64,000 bases of DNA from a virus (IMGVR_UViG_2654587976_000001:64871-128870); one strand, 5' to 3'. Positions 18,525-29,929 are shown, counted from the first letter of the stretch. Numbers and translations are program-made. Notes: generated by a model from the letters alone, not told the origin.

Positions 18525-19208
18525 TTAATGGGATTCAATCAGTTCCGGTGAGTTGTTTTTAGGCGAGTTAACTAAGGATGAAACTTGATAAGCTTCCATG
18601 TCATCAGCATCATACGGAAGCAGTAAGCTTTGAAGATAATCAGGATCGGTGTTTTTGGGGTTTAGCCATTCCTTTTCGTTCTTGTCAGTAAGAATGACCG
18701 GCATCCGATCATGGATGTCCTCCATCAACTCATTGGGTTTTGTAGTAATGATTGTGCAGGTATATAGCGGATTGCCTTCTGGCGTATTCCACTTTTCATA
18801 TAAGCCGGCAAATGCAAAGAGGTTGGATGATTTAAGTTTAATCCTCATAGGAACCTTAGTCTTTGAATCAAGGCGTTTCCATTCATAAAAACTGTCTGCA
18901 GGGATAATGCAGCGTTTGCTTGCGAGTGGCTTTCTAAAGCTTTGTTTCTCGGACAATGTTTCAGCGCGAGCATTGATCATTTTGTATCCGATCTTTTCAT
19001 CCTTAGACCAGGGAGGAATAAGACCCCATCTTAGCTTACCCATACGGTTGTTTGACCCATCATTAATGATTGTCAGGATGTTCTGTGAAGGAGCTACATT
19101 ATAACTTGGATGGTATTCGTCTTCAGACAAAAATTGATCTATATTGAACTGTTCAATGATGTCGTCAAACTCAGAAAATAAAGTGAACCTGCCACACATG
19201 TTCATCAT
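18525..19208 (-). CDS. yoqW: SRAP/HMCES abasic-site protein
   Basis: MCGRF N-terminus (start probably 19199), INARAET, HDRMP. Confidence 0.95.
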   Translation of the reverse strand: MMNMCGRFTLFSEFDDIIEQFNIDQFLSEDEYHPSYNVAPSQNILTIINDGSNNRMGKLRWGLIPPWSKDEKIGYKMINARAETLSEKQSFRKPLASKRCIIPADSFYEWKRLDSKTKVPMRIKLKSSNLFAFAGLYEKWNTPEGNPLYTCTIITTKPNELMEDIHDRMPVILTDKNEKEWLNPKNTDPDYLQSLLLPYDADDMEAYQVSSLVNSPKNNSPELIESH

Positions 19209-19270
19209 CCTTTAGGGTTTTTTGAATATTGTACAGGCTTGATACACGAAAATCAAAAAGGAGGAATGTG

Positions 19271-19489
19271 ATGCAACGGCAAACAGTTGAGGTAAAAGAA
19301 GTTGAAGTGTTGATTAGAGGTATATGGACAAAGAAGAAGTTCACGGATATCCAAAAGGGGCAAACCTTTAAAATTGAGGAAAATGGGAAAACAACAAAAT
19401 ACATAGCAAGAACAGAACCCTATTGGGATGACATGTATGAGACTTACATAATTGATTTATTAGATAAAAATAAAATAAGTGTAGGGTGA
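19271..19489 (+). CDS. Hypothetical protein (YoqX-like)
   Basis: AGGAGG RBS before MQRQTVEV. Confidence 0.7.
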   Translation: MQRQTVEVKEVEVLIRGIWTKKKFTDIQKGQTFKIEENGKTTKYIARTEPYWDDMYETYIIDLLDKNKISVG

Positions 19490-19815
19490 TATTTATGAAT
19501 TTATTGAGAGATGCGCGGATATTAAGAATAGAACTTCTTCTTGGAGCTTTAGCGTTAGTAGGTATGAACTTGTTTGTATATTTTCTATTCGGTGGTTTAA
19601 CAGCCATAGACAATCAGAGGATGATAACACGAAGAATTGGAATGTTTGTTGTAAGTATTGGAATACCATGTTCTTTTATTCTAAAGTACTTGATCGTTTG
19701 GAGACCGTTAATCCGTAAGGCAATGGAAGAGTTAAAGGAAGAAGATCAGAATGAACGTACACTCAAGAAATATGAATTTCTAAGAAAGAAATTTGATAAA
19801 ACAGAGATTTTATAA
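19486..19815 (+). CDS. Membrane protein
   Basis: Two hydrophobic segments. Confidence 0.65.
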   Translation: MIFMNLLRDARILRIELLLGALALVGMNLFVYFLFGGLTAIDNQRMITRRIGMFVVSIGIPCSFILKYLIVWRPLIRKAMEELKEEDQNERTLKKYEFLRKKFDKTEIL

Positions 19816-20000
19816 AGATAAAAGCAAATTGATTATGGAGGTAGCAGAATGAGATACAAAGCGAAAGTGAAAGCGGTAGCCGAAATGGAAGTATGGGTAC
19901 ATGAAGATGCCGCGGGGAATATCGAAATAGAATACGTTGAATATGTGGATGACATAGAGGATTTTGAAAATGTTAGACCAATGGACGGGAGGTAAGGGGA

Positions 20001-20471
20001 ATGAGGGAAATTAAGTTCAGAGGAATGGGTATTAACGGTGAATGGTATTACGGCAATATATCAATCATCAAACAAAGAATCAAGAGCATGGGCATTGATC
20101 CTGGTTCTTATATCTCTAATAAAGCTGGTGTTCCATTTGCTTACAAAGTGAGGCCGGAAACAGTTGGGCAATTCACCGGATTGAAGGATAAGAACGGCCG
20201 GGATATTTATGAAGGGGATATACTTCGTGTATGGGAAGAGAATGAACATGTTCCAAATCGTGATAGTGGTGGCGGCATTATCGACTTTGACAAAATCGAA
20301 GGGTTTTCACAGTTAGGAGTAGTCGACTTCAAGAGTGCTTGGTTTACTTATGAAACTAAAAAACATCAAAAAGAACGAGAAGAAGATATCTTTGCACCAT
20401 TAGATTTTACTAATAACTATGAAGTCACTGGGAACATCTATGAAGATTCAGAGCTTATAAAATCTAAATAA
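20001..20471 (+). CDS. YopX-family protein
   Basis: MREIKFRG, GQFTGLKDKNGRDIYEGD, EVTGNIYE. Confidence 0.9.
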   Translation: MREIKFRGMGINGEWYYGNISIIKQRIKSMGIDPGSYISNKAGVPFAYKVRPETVGQFTGLKDKNGRDIYEGDILRVWEENEHVPNRDSGGGIIDFDKIEGFSQLGVVDFKSAWFTYETKKHQKEREEDIFAPLDFTNNYEVTGNIYEDSELIKSK

Positions 20472-20760
20472 AAACGATATTTTACAGAAAGAGGAGGAGT
20501 GAAAATGTTTACCTGCTTCTGCAACGAATGTAAAAAAGTAATCGAAAAAGATGAAGTTGATTATGAGGTTGATTTGGTAGAAGGGTCTTGGGAAGGAGAT
20601 TGGGAACACGTGCATTTAGAATGCGGTAGTATTGTGTCTTGGATTTAACTTGTATGTCTAAATAATAGTGATTTTTTATTTAAGGGGGTGATAACAATGT
20701 GAGTTACCAATGTGTTTGAGTTTTAAGAATAAAACAAAAATAAAAAGGAGTGGTTATTAA

Positions 20761-21585
20761 TTGTTAAGGATTAAAAACAGAATAGAGGATTTGTTAAAAA
20801 AGATTGAAGAGGCAGAGAGGGTCAGCTTTGGGCGGCGTCCCCAACTCTGCATGCATCGTATCACTACGAAGCTATTAAAGTATATCACAGGTAAGAAGGC
20901 TTTTCCAGTCTTGGTGGCTGCTCTGGTTTCATTCCTGAATCCAGTGAGTATTTTAGCAGCGGACAAGTATCGGAACTTTGAAGAGCTTAAAGCGAATGAA
21001 TCACCGTTCAATTTTAGCGTGTTCTCAAAAGAGCAAGACACTGGTGTATTAATTCTTGCTCCCCATGGAGGTGGCATAGAAGGGGGAACAAGCGAGCTTG
21101 CAAAGGAATTAAGCGAAACATACTCTACATATCTTTTTGAAGCTTTAAAGACACCAGGAGCATTTGATTTACATTTAACCAGTACGAATTTTGATGAACC
21201 ACAAGCACTTGAAATGTTGAAGGGACATGAGTTCACACTGTCACTTCATGGCTACGCAAGTAATGAGGAACATGTTTTAGTTGGCGGCACAGATCGAGAC
21301 AAAGCTGAAGCGATAACAAGTACATTGAATGATGCCGGCTACTCTGCGGAGCTTCTTGATGAAGGGACAAGGTTATCTGGTAGTAGCCCAAATAATGTTG
21401 CCAATAAAAATAAAACAGGAAAGAGCATTCAACTAGAATTGAGCACTGGATTGCGTAAATCAATGTTTAACACCTTTTCTCTAAAAGGACGCTCAGGCAC
21501 AAGAAATGAGACCTTTTATAACTTCATTGACACTCTATCAGGGTTTCTCAATGAAAATGTAGAAGGGAAGGGTTTGACAGCATGA
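20761..21585 (+). CDS. pghZ: Poly-gamma-glutamate hydrolase (PghP family, YoqZ-like)
   Basis: APHGGGIEGGTSE, HLTSTNFDEP, SLHG and QLELS motifs. Confidence 0.9.
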   Translation: MLRIKNRIEDLLKKIEEAERVSFGRRPQLCMHRITTKLLKYITGKKAFPVLVAALVSFLNPVSILAADKYRNFEELKANESPFNFSVFSKEQDTGVLILAPHGGGIEGGTSELAKELSETYSTYLFEALKTPGAFDLHLTSTNFDEPQALEMLKGHEFTLSLHGYASNEEHVLVGGTDRDKAEAITSTLNDAGYSAELLDEGTRLSGSSPNNVANKNKTGKSIQLELSTGLRKSMFNTFSLKGRSGTRNETFYNFIDTLSGFLNENVEGKGLTA

Positions 21586-23330
21586 ATATGCAGCAGCCCT
21601 TATACTATTTTGTTGATGCTCTGGTTTGGGGAATTGATGATAAAGGGTCAAATGCAATTGAAACAACAGAAGGATTAAACCGGGCTTTAAAGTACGCAAG
21701 CTCAAAATCATTCTATAAAGTACATATCCCAAAAGGTATCTATTTAATTGATGCTGTGAATACGTCAAAGCGGTTGCCTGAATTTGGAGGAGGTATTAAT
21801 GTACCGTCAAATATTGAGTTGATACTGCATCCAGAGGCTATTTTTAAAGTGCAGCCAAATGATTCTCAAGGTTACTCCTGTTTTTATATCGGCCAAGCAA
21901 GTAACGTTACGATTCGTGGTGGTCAAATTATTGGAGATCGATATGAACATGATTACTCTAAAATCAATGCAATTCAAAGGACTCATGAATGGGGATACGG
22001 CATACATGTTCATGGTAGTAGCAATGTGTTAATTGACGGCGTGAGTGTCTCTGATTGTATTGGAGATAACATTTGGATAGCAGCGGAAGGAATGATGAAC
22101 ACTTCAGGAACATATACGCCCTCAAAGAATGCAACCGTTCGAAAGTGTACGCTTTTAAGAGGGAGAAGAAATAACCTGGCTACCAATGGCTGTGAAGGTC
22201 TTCTTGTCGATGACTGTGATATAGAGGAGGCTGGTGGAGATACAATTGGGCCACAATTAGGAATTGATTTAGAGGGCTTTGGAGAAAACGGAATTAAATA
22301 CGATCACCCATATAAATTAACTGTTCGAAACTGCAGGTTTAAAAATAATGGACGTGGATCCGTTACAGCTCACACAAGCGGCAAGGTAATTATTGAAGGA
22401 AACTACAGCGACCATGTTATTTCCTATGGATATAGCACGGATGTCAGTATCAAAAATAACAAGATCATCAATGAAAAGGAAATTAAGACATATGGGATTG
22501 ACTCGGTAGGTGTTTCAAGTACTGAGTCTGGAAACAGAGTTCAAATTGATGGCAATACGATCAGTGGCTTTGAAGTGGGTATTTGTGTAAGAGGAAAGGG
22601 TGGCACAGTATCAAATAACACTTTTGAAAAAATAAAAGCATGCCCTATTGCAACACATCAAGCAGAGGACTTTTTAATTACGGACAACAGGATAGAAAAC
22701 AGTGATTGTGTTCAAGTCCAGGTTAGAAACTCAAATGATATTAAGGTTGTGAATACCAAAGGAAAAGGAACGAGCTCATCATATGCTGCAAAGATAATGG
22801 ACTCTACCCGAATCAGTCTCGTTAATAATGAGTTTGCTAATGTATATGGAGGAATTTATTGCGAAAGGTCTCAGTCAGTTCGTTTAAAGGGAAATGACTT
22901 GTTGTTAAGTGGAAGTGGAAGTGGGTACGGCATCTTTTGGGATAAAGACTCTTCTGTCTCACTACATCGAAATGAAATTCATGAGCCTAGGAATGTTGCA
23001 ATTAAAGGCACCCCTGAGAAATACAGTTGCCAGATTAGTGAGAATCAGATTTATTTCTGTAAATCATTGATCGCTATCCAACTAACTGGGGGTTCAGAAC
23101 ACATGTTAAAGGATAATGAGATTATGTTTAATCGTTCAGCAGATCAAGGATATGGCGTTTATTTGGAGAATACAAACAAGGTACGTCTCGTAAGGAACGA
23201 TGTTTATGTAATTGGTGGACGGTTGCTATCCCATCCTTTTTACACAGAAAAAGCAAAGAATACAACCTTAGTTCAGAATACATACAATAGTGGAACGCTG
23301 AAGACTGCAGAAGGAGATATTGTAGTCTAA
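21582..23330 (+). CDS. yorA: Right-handed beta-helix (pectin-lyase-like) protein
   Basis: Repeated parallel beta-helix patterns; synteny. Confidence 0.85.
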   Translation: MNMQQPLYYFVDALVWGIDDKGSNAIETTEGLNRALKYASSKSFYKVHIPKGIYLIDAVNTSKRLPEFGGGINVPSNIELILHPEAIFKVQPNDSQGYSCFYIGQASNVTIRGGQIIGDRYEHDYSKINAIQRTHEWGYGIHVHGSSNVLIDGVSVSDCIGDNIWIAAEGMMNTSGTYTPSKNATVRKCTLLRGRRNNLATNGCEGLLVDDCDIEEAGGDTIGPQLGIDLEGFGENGIKYDHPYKLTVRNCRFKNNGRGSVTAHTSGKVIIEGNYSDHVISYGYSTDVSIKNNKIINEKEIKTYGIDSVGVSSTESGNRVQIDGNTISGFEVGICVRGKGGTVSNNTFEKIKACPIATHQAEDFLITDNRIENSDCVQVQVRNSNDIKVVNTKGKGTSSSYAAKIMDSTRISLVNNEFANVYGGIYCERSQSVRLKGNDLLLSGSGSGYGIFWDKDSSVSLHRNEIHEPRNVAIKGTPEKYSCQISENQIYFCKSLIAIQLTGGSEHMLKDNEIMFNRSADQGYGVYLENTNKVRLVRNDVYVIGGRLLSHPFYTEKAKNTTLVQNTYNSGTLKTAEGDIVV

Positions 23331-23368
23331 ATAAAACTGTAGTTTTAACAAGATTAGGAGATGGATAT

Positions 23369-23746
23369 ATGACCAATATTTTAAGCAAAGAACAAGATGA
23401 AGCAATTCGGTATTTCAAGAACAAACTGAGCTTATCTGAAAAACTGTACATATCCCTGATTAATTTTAACCTACTTAGAGATAAACACGAAGACTTTGGT
23501 AATAGACTATATGAGCTTTATAAGACAGATCCTTATCTATATATTAGAGCGCTAAAAGAAGGCTATGTAGTTGATCATCCAATTGAATTTAATGAAGCAA
23601 TTGTGCGGTTCTATGATGGTGAAGAACTTGCTGTGATCCATAAGACTACTGGGAAGAGATACAATGTGAATGTTAAAATGAAAAAGCTTCCTGATGGGTT
23701 TACGCTGCAGACAATGAATATGTGGTCATGGAGTGAGGTTGTTTAA
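23369..23746 (+). CDS. YorC-like hypothetical protein
   Basis: 125 aa, RBS, synteny. Confidence 0.7.
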   Translation: MTNILSKEQDEAIRYFKNKLSLSEKLYISLINFNLLRDKHEDFGNRLYELYKTDPYLYIRALKEGYVVDHPIEFNEAIVRFYDGEELAVIHKTTGKRYNVNVKMKKLPDGFTLQTMNMWSWSEVV

Positions 23747-23762
23747 ATAAATTGGAGACCCC

Positions 23763-23954
23763 TTAAAAAGGGTCTCTTTGACTGTAACATGAGGGCTGTG
23801 AACCTAAATCTAAAAAGAAAGAATTCACTTTTACAAACCAACATCCACGTTGGCCTAAGTGGGTACTATAAAGCTTTAATCCAGAAATACAAATAACAAG
23901 AAGGATTATTATAATTGCCCATAGCACCACATTGCGTCGCAACAATTTAATCAC
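23763..23954 (-). CDS. Small membrane or secreted protein
   Basis: Hydrophobic N-terminus; AGGAG RBS. Confidence 0.5.
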   Translation of the reverse strand: MIKLLRRNVVLWAIIIILLVICISGLKLYSTHLGQRGCWFVKVNSFFLDLGSQPSCYSQRDPF

Positions 23955-24274
23955 ATCATTACACTCCTCTCTCGTTTCTCCACCCCAACCGGTCTATAAA
24001 AGACATCCCAGCGAGAGAACTCAGAGAGTGAGCTCATAATAATAAACTTTTACCTATTTAAATATTTCTATGCAGTATAAAGTAAAATGTTTTTTCATGT
24101 TTATCCCCCCTTTCCTGTGAAATATATAAAGTAACTCTTATTCCCAAACCTTTTGCCACTCTCTACTGGAAAATGGAATGAGTGAAAACTGTTGCTATTA
24201 AATAATCACATAGAAGGATAAATTTAGCAAGAAGATGGTTTGATATTTTAGCAACCGTTTATGTGAAAACTTTT

Positions 24275-24325
24275 AGGAATAAAAATAAAATAGTTATTGA
24301 CTGTTGCGTTTTGGTGATGTAAGAT
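24275..24325 (+). promoter_or_regulatory. SigA promoter of the replication operon with TAAAAATAAAATA element
   Basis: TTGACT 24297-24302, 17 nt, TG-TAAGAT 24320-24325. Confidence 0.8.
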
Positions 24326-24358
24326 TAAGTTATCCCAAAGAGAGAAAGGAGGAAAGAG

Positions 24359-24733
24359 ATGAAAAAGGAATTAAAGATACTGAAAGTATCTGCCGAAGCC
24401 TTACATACCTACAAAAATGATGTCAAAAGGAATTACGACATTGACGAAGACCAAGCAAGAAGAAAATTAACCAGGAATGTGATGTTGGTAAAGGAATTTA
24501 AACCAAGAGGAATTAAAAGAGGTCTTTTTTCTAAAACATATTCATACGGAAACTTAAAGATCACAATCCGGCATGGAACAGTAATAAGGATTGAAAATGT
24601 AAAAGGTGATCCTGAACCTTGGAACTTTCCAAAAAAGAGATACATAGAATTAAACAAGCTACTTGGTATCAAGGATTGTAAGTTTAGTAGCAAGTCTTAT
24701 TATAGGCATTTTAAGAATAAAAATAAAATATAA
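24359..24733 (+). CDS. yorE: YorE-like basic protein
   Basis: First gene of the replication operon; synteny. Confidence 0.7.
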   Translation: MKKELKILKVSAEALHTYKNDVKRNYDIDEDQARRKLTRNVMLVKEFKPRGIKRGLFSKTYSYGNLKITIRHGTVIRIENVKGDPEPWNFPKKRYIELNKLLGIKDCKFSSKSYYRHFKNKNKI

Positions 24734-24760
24734 ATAAAAAGAAAGAGGTTGATTATTTAA

Positions 24761-25675
24761 ATGGCAGAAAATAAAACAGTATTACGTGAAGCATCAAATG
24801 TTGTAACTATTGAGGGGACACTTGCTGAGGTAAGACACACTGAGTGGAAAAGCGGCAAGGGGTTAAATATTGAATTAGACATTGAGGTTGCGCCAAATGA
24901 AGTACATACAGTGAAGGGCTTTTCAAAATATAAGAAAGCTGATGGGACAGATAATGCTATTGCCAAAGGTTATCAAACCATTATCAGTGATTATAAGTCC
25001 ATTGCAGAACACGGGAGAGATCAAGCTGATAAAGTGAGAATTACCCAAGGAAAGATTGGATTAAACGAATATTACTCACAAGGGATTTTAAAGGCGTATC
25101 CACAGTTAACGACTAACTTTGTAAATAGACTGGACGCCAATGAAGAATTCAATCCAAGAGCAGAATTTGATGTTGAGCTGTTTGTAAAGAATGTAATCGA
25201 AGAAAAAGTAAAAGGTGAAGAAACGGGCAGAGTTAATTTAAATGGTTATATTCCTTTATATGGTGGGAAAGTAATTCCGTTTGAATTTGTAGTCACAAAA
25301 GAAGGGTCTCATTACGTTGAAAATAATTATGAAAAAGGGTCTACGGTTAACGTTTTTGGGAAGATTATTAACTTTAAAGAGCAAAAAGTAACGACCAAAA
25401 CAGCAGCATTTGGCGAAGACAAGAAAGAAATCACTATCAATTCGAAAAGAGAGTACCTAATTACAGGTGGCAATGATCCATATGACGAGGATAGCAAGAA
25501 TGCTTTTAATGCAGATGCAATTAAAAAAGCGCTGACTGAAAGAGAGATTTACCTAGATGAGCTTAAGAATGAAAGTGGCAATGAGAATAATAAAAAGTCT
25601 GGGTTTGGCGGAAGCGCTCCTAATAACAAGCCTTCAAAGCCGGTTGAAATTTCAGATGATGACCTACCTTTTTAA
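24761..25675 (+). CDS. yorF: Single-stranded DNA-binding protein
   Basis: Acidic C-terminal tail ISDDDLPF. Confidence 0.85.
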   Translation: MAENKTVLREASNVVTIEGTLAEVRHTEWKSGKGLNIELDIEVAPNEVHTVKGFSKYKKADGTDNAIAKGYQTIISDYKSIAEHGRDQADKVRITQGKIGLNEYYSQGILKAYPQLTTNFVNRLDANEEFNPRAEFDVELFVKNVIEEKVKGEETGRVNLNGYIPLYGGKVIPFEFVVTKEGSHYVENNYEKGSTVNVFGKIINFKEQKVTTKTAAFGEDKKEITINSKREYLITGGNDPYDEDSKNAFNADAIKKALTEREIYLDELKNESGNENNKKSGFGGSAPNNKPSKPVEISDDDLPF

Positions 25676-25763
25676 TGGATAAAAATAAAATAATTTAACT
25701 GAAAATACATAACTGGGGTGGGCTTTGACTAACCCATCAAATCAAAATTAAAGGAGAGTTTAA

Positions 25764-26735
25764 ATGACAATCGATATTTTCAACCCTCAAATTTCAGTGG
25801 TAGCACAAGGACTTGAAGGAAAAAAAATACTTATTTACGGCAGTAACAACTTAGGAAAAACATATCAAGCTTCAAGAATGGAGAAGCCTTACTTCATCGC
25901 TTTTGAAAAAGGATTGGCAGCGAGAGATGGCATTCCGTTTTATCCAATTAATCGATGGTCTGATTTTTCAAAAATTGTACGACAATTTGAGAAAAATGCA
26001 GAAAAAGCAAAAGAAATATATAAAACAATTGTAATTGATGGTGCAGATATTATGGCAAGATATTGCTCTAAATATATTTGTGATACATACGGTGTAAACA
26101 GACTAAAAGAAGGTAACAGTGGGTATGGATTGTGGTCTGAATATGAAACTGAATTATGGGAACAAATCGATAAACTTATATCACTTGATTTTACAATCGT
26201 GTTTATCACTCATGAAACTGAAGATGAAAATGGAAAGATACAGCCAAAAGGCGATAAGAGGTTGATGCCAACCATTCGTGATAACTGTGAATTCACTATT
26301 TATCTTAAGTCGAATGGAGTAGATGAGAATGGCACTGTAATTAAGTCAAGCGCATACCTTGCTGAAACTGATGAATTTTTCGCTCGATCAAAATTTGACT
26401 ATGTGCCAACCTTTATTGAGGAGTTTACAGCGGAAAACCTTACAAAGGCTATTGTTGATGGGATTGTTAAACAAGGAGAAATGGAAGGCATTAAACTGGT
26501 AACTGAAGAAGAGAAAAAAGAAGTGTATTCCATTGGGGAAAATAATTATGAAACGCTTATGGCTGAGATTAAGGAAGTCGGGATTCGCCTAAATGAAAAA
26601 GGCAAACTAGAGGAATTAAATGAAATAGTTGAAAAGCACTTAGGTAAAAATGCAAAAGTAACTGAATGCACTAAGAAACAAGTTGATGTAATGTCAGTTA
26701 TTTTAGATGATCTTAAAGATCTTCTTGAGGATTAA
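25764..26735 (+). CDS. yorG: Sak4-like P-loop ATPase
   Basis: GSNNLGKT Walker A, TIVIDG Walker B; synteny. Confidence 0.8.
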   Translation: MTIDIFNPQISVVAQGLEGKKILIYGSNNLGKTYQASRMEKPYFIAFEKGLAARDGIPFYPINRWSDFSKIVRQFEKNAEKAKEIYKTIVIDGADIMARYCSKYICDTYGVNRLKEGNSGYGLWSEYETELWEQIDKLISLDFTIVFITHETEDENGKIQPKGDKRLMPTIRDNCEFTIYLKSNGVDENGTVIKSSAYLAETDEFFARSKFDYVPTFIEEFTAENLTKAIVDGIVKQGEMEGIKLVTEEEKKEVYSIGENNYETLMAEIKEVGIRLNEKGKLEELNEIVEKHLGKNAKVTECTKKQVDVMSVILDDLKDLLED

Positions 26736-26777
26736 AAATGAGGGAGTCATCTCCCTCTCTTTATGAGAGGTGATTAA

Positions 26778-27248
26778 ATGGGTAGGCAGGTAAAGTGTCC
26801 CTATTGTGAGACTAAATTAGATAAAGATTTAGCGTTACCTTATAAAAAAAGATATTACCATGAACAGTGTTTTAGCACGTGGAGACAAGAATCAGACCAT
26901 CGAAATGAGTTACTTCAATACATATGCAATTTATATGGCCTTACATCGCCGACCGGTATGATGTTAAAACAGATCAAAGAGTTTCAAGAGGACTATGGTT
27001 ATAAGCTAAAAGGAATTGAGCTTGCGCTTAAGTACTTTTATGAAACACTGGAGAATCACCCAAGAGAAGGTGACGGTATTGGAATCGTCCCTTTTGTATA
27101 TGACGAGGCCAAGCGACATTACATAAAACAAAAGGCAATTCAAAAATCAGCTGAAGACCCTAAGAATCACAAAAGAGAAGAAATCACGTTAATTATAAAA
27201 AAGGGATTGAGAAAGAAAAGGGGAGTTGTTGACATCTCAACACTATAG
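26778..27248 (+). CDS. yorH: YorH-like zinc-finger protein
   Basis: CPYC...HEQC; synteny. Confidence 0.75.
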   Translation: MGRQVKCPYCETKLDKDLALPYKKRYYHEQCFSTWRQESDHRNELLQYICNLYGLTSPTGMMLKQIKEFQEDYGYKLKGIELALKYFYETLENHPREGDGIGIVPFVYDEAKRHYIKQKAIQKSAEDPKNHKREEITLIIKKGLRKKRGVVDISTL

Positions 27249-27262
27249 GAAGGAGAGTCCAT

Positions 27263-28777
27263 TTGCTACAAGACAAAAAAGCAATTATTCAGGTTTTAGG
27301 AAGCATACTCAAGGATCCCACAATCTTGTCTGAAAGCAACAAGTATAGGATTACTTCGGATGATTTCCCTTCAAGATTTCACTCAATACTGTTTTTTGCT
27401 ATGAGCAACTTATTCCAGCAAGGGACGGAAGTATTGAATGAGGTTGAGATAGATGGATATCTAAAAGATTACGACATTCAATATAAGATTTTTCATGATA
27501 ACAATGGCCTTGAATACATCGAGAGAATTCAAGAGCTGGCTGTAGTCGAAAACTTTGATTACCACTACAAAAGACTAAAAAAGTTTAGTTTGCTCAGAGA
27601 AATGAGCGGCTTAGGTTTCGATATCAAGGAGATTTATGATGAAACTATAATTGATCCAAAAGAACAAGAAAAAATGCAGGAACAGTTTGATAAGAAATCG
27701 ATTGATGAAATTCTAGCAGCTTATGAAATGAAGATTGTAGATGTAAAAGAGAAGTTTCGAACCTCATCCGAAAGCGTGGGAATTCAAGGTGGAGAAGGCA
27801 TTGATGAGTTATTGGATTCTTTTGAGGAGTCGCCAGATATTGGAGTGCCACTAAACAGCGAAATGCTTACGTCAATTTTCCGCGGATCTCGCAAGAAAAA
27901 GTTTTACATTCGCTCAAGCATTACCGGTGGTGGTAAAACAAGAAATATGGTTGCTGATGCTTGTCGATTAAGTGCAACTGAGTTGTACAACCTTAAAAAG
28001 AAGGAGTGGGTGAAAAATCCTTGGAATGAAAGTTCCACGGTCATCTCAACGGAAATGATGGCAGAGGAATTGCAAAGCTTGGCACTTGCCTATATCAGTG
28101 GTGTAGAAGAGAAAAAAATACTCAGAAATACTATTAATGAGCAAGAAAAACAGCTTGTGCGCAAAGCTGCAAAAGTTCTTCAAGAGTCCAATATTTGGTT
28201 TGAGCATCTTCCAGATTTCAATATCCAGGAGATCGAGAGAACGATTGAAAAGAATGTAATTAAAAATAATGTTGAGTACATTTACTTTGATTATATTCAC
28301 TCATCGGTGACAATTTTTTCGGAGATGAGTAAAAAAAGCGGAGTCAACCTAAGAGAGGATCAAATCCTTTTGCTTATGTCTGATAAGTTAAAGGGCTTAT
28401 GCAACAAATACGATGTCTATATGATGAGTGCTACTCAGTTAAATGGTGAATGGAAAGAGGCATGGCAAAAAGGACAAGTTATAGATGCATCTTACCTTAG
28501 AGGAAGCAAAGCTATTGCAGATAAGACTGATGCTGCAATGATTATTCTCCCTTTAAGCAAAAAAGAGAAGGATGCTATTGATCCGATTTTAAAAGCAGGT
28601 TTTTATTCAGAGCCAAATTTTGTTACACATGTGTTTAAAAACAGGGGGAATGAGTACGACAAAGTAAAAGTCTTCTCCTATATAAATATGGGAAATATGC
28701 GCATCAAGGATTGTTTCACAACAAATCTCGATAACGAATTAATTACAGTTGAAAAATTGAATGTTAAAGCAGGATAA
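27263..28777 (+). CDS. yorI: DnaB-like replicative helicase
   Basis: TGGGKT, STEM, FDYIH and ATQLN motifs. Confidence 0.92.
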   Translation: MLQDKKAIIQVLGSILKDPTILSESNKYRITSDDFPSRFHSILFFAMSNLFQQGTEVLNEVEIDGYLKDYDIQYKIFHDNNGLEYIERIQELAVVENFDYHYKRLKKFSLLREMSGLGFDIKEIYDETIIDPKEQEKMQEQFDKKSIDEILAAYEMKIVDVKEKFRTSSESVGIQGGEGIDELLDSFEESPDIGVPLNSEMLTSIFRGSRKKKFYIRSSITGGGKTRNMVADACRLSATELYNLKKKEWVKNPWNESSTVISTEMMAEELQSLALAYISGVEEKKILRNTINEQEKQLVRKAAKVLQESNIWFEHLPDFNIQEIERTIEKNVIKNNVEYIYFDYIHSSVTIFSEMSKKSGVNLREDQILLLMSDKLKGLCNKYDVYMMSATQLNGEWKEAWQKGQVIDASYLRGSKAIADKTDAAMIILPLSKKEKDAIDPILKAGFYSEPNFVTHVFKNRGNEYDKVKVFSYINMGNMRIKDCFTTNLDNELITVEKLNVKAG

Positions 28778-28792
28778 GGGGTGTAGCACCCT

Positions 28793-29929
28793 TTGAAATA
28801 TGATAAGGACAGAATAAAAGAAAGTCTTACGCTTGACGATATACATAAAATATTAAAAGAATTGGGTAGCGAAAATAATCAATGGGATCAACAAGGAAAC
28901 CCAATATACAGAACCGTTTGCCATAACGCTTCTGGGGGAAGCTACAAGCTGTATTATTATCACGAAGCAAAGCAATTTCATTGCTATACAGAATGTGGAG
29001 ACACATTCGATGTCTTTGAGCTTGTTATACGAGCAAAAAGTCAAAAAGGGATCAATATACCTTTCAATCAAGCCATTGAGTATGTTGCAAGGCTGGCTGG
29101 GAGAACATTTGGTTTCGGTAATAGAGAGACATTCACGAATAATGATTTAATTGATGACTGGGAATGGATGGGGAAGTTCAATAAGAAGAAAAAGATAGCC
29201 ATTGAACTTCCCAGCTTCAATGAAACTGTATTAGATGTGTTTATGCCTTATCCTCATCAAATGTGGTTGGAAGAGGGGATAAGCCAGCAAACATTATATG
29301 ATTTTGAAATTGGCTACTATTTTAGAACTCACACAGAAGGGATAACTATTCCACACCGGGACTTAAATAATAGATTGATTGGTATCCGTAGACGATCTCT
29401 TATTAAAGAGGAAGTTGATGCCGGTTATAAATATATGCCTTTAAAAGTTGGGAACACCTTATATAATCATCAGACCATGATGAATTTATATGGATTACAT
29501 AGAACAAAAGATTCTATTGAAAGGTTTAAAAAAGCTTTAATTTTTGAATCAGAAAAGTCTGTATTAAAATGCCAGGATTTTTATGGTGAAGCAAATTTCA
29601 CATGTGCAGTCTGTTCAAACAACATTTCAAATTTTCACCGTGATATCTTACTTTCTCTTGGAGTGGAAGAAGTGTTTATTGCTTTAGATAAATATAGACC
29701 ACCGAAAGAGCATGAGACAGAGGAGATGTATCAACGTAAACTGCTAGAGTATCAGAAAAAAATCTTGAAGCTTGCAGCAAAATTTACGCCGTATGTTCGT
29801 GTGTATGTTTTATGGGATTTTGAAAATATGTTGGATTATAAAGACAGTCCAGCTGATAAGGGAAAAGACGTTTTAGAGGAGTTGATGAGAAGAAAAATTG
29901 AAATCAATACGAATGAAGGAGGAATTTAG
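28793..29929 (+). CDS. yorJ: DNA primase
   Basis: CH...CYTEC zinc site; TOPRIM FESEKS. Confidence 0.88.
   Translation: MKYDKDRIKESLTLDDIHKILKELGSENNQWDQQGNPIYRTVCHNASGGSYKLYYYHEAKQFHCYTECGDTFDVFELVIRAKSQKGINIPFNQAIEYVARLAGRTFGFGNRETFTNNDLIDDWEWMGKFNKKKKIAIELPSFNETVLDVFMPYPHQMWLEEGISQQTLYDFEIGYYFRTHTEGITIPHRDLNNRLIGIRRRSLIKEEVDAGYKYMPLKVGNTLYNHQTMMNLYGLHRTKDSIERFKKALIFESEKSVLKCQDFYGEANFTCAVCSNNISNFHRDILLSLGVEEVFIALDKYRPPKEHETEEMYQRKLLEYQKKILKLAAKFTPYVRVYVLWDFENMLDYKDSPADKGKDVLEELMRRKIEINTNEGGI

Noticed and set aside
23951-24115. Minus-strand RBS and ATG at 24098
   Set aside because: The frame closes after 14 codons; at most a decayed gene I cannot reconstruct
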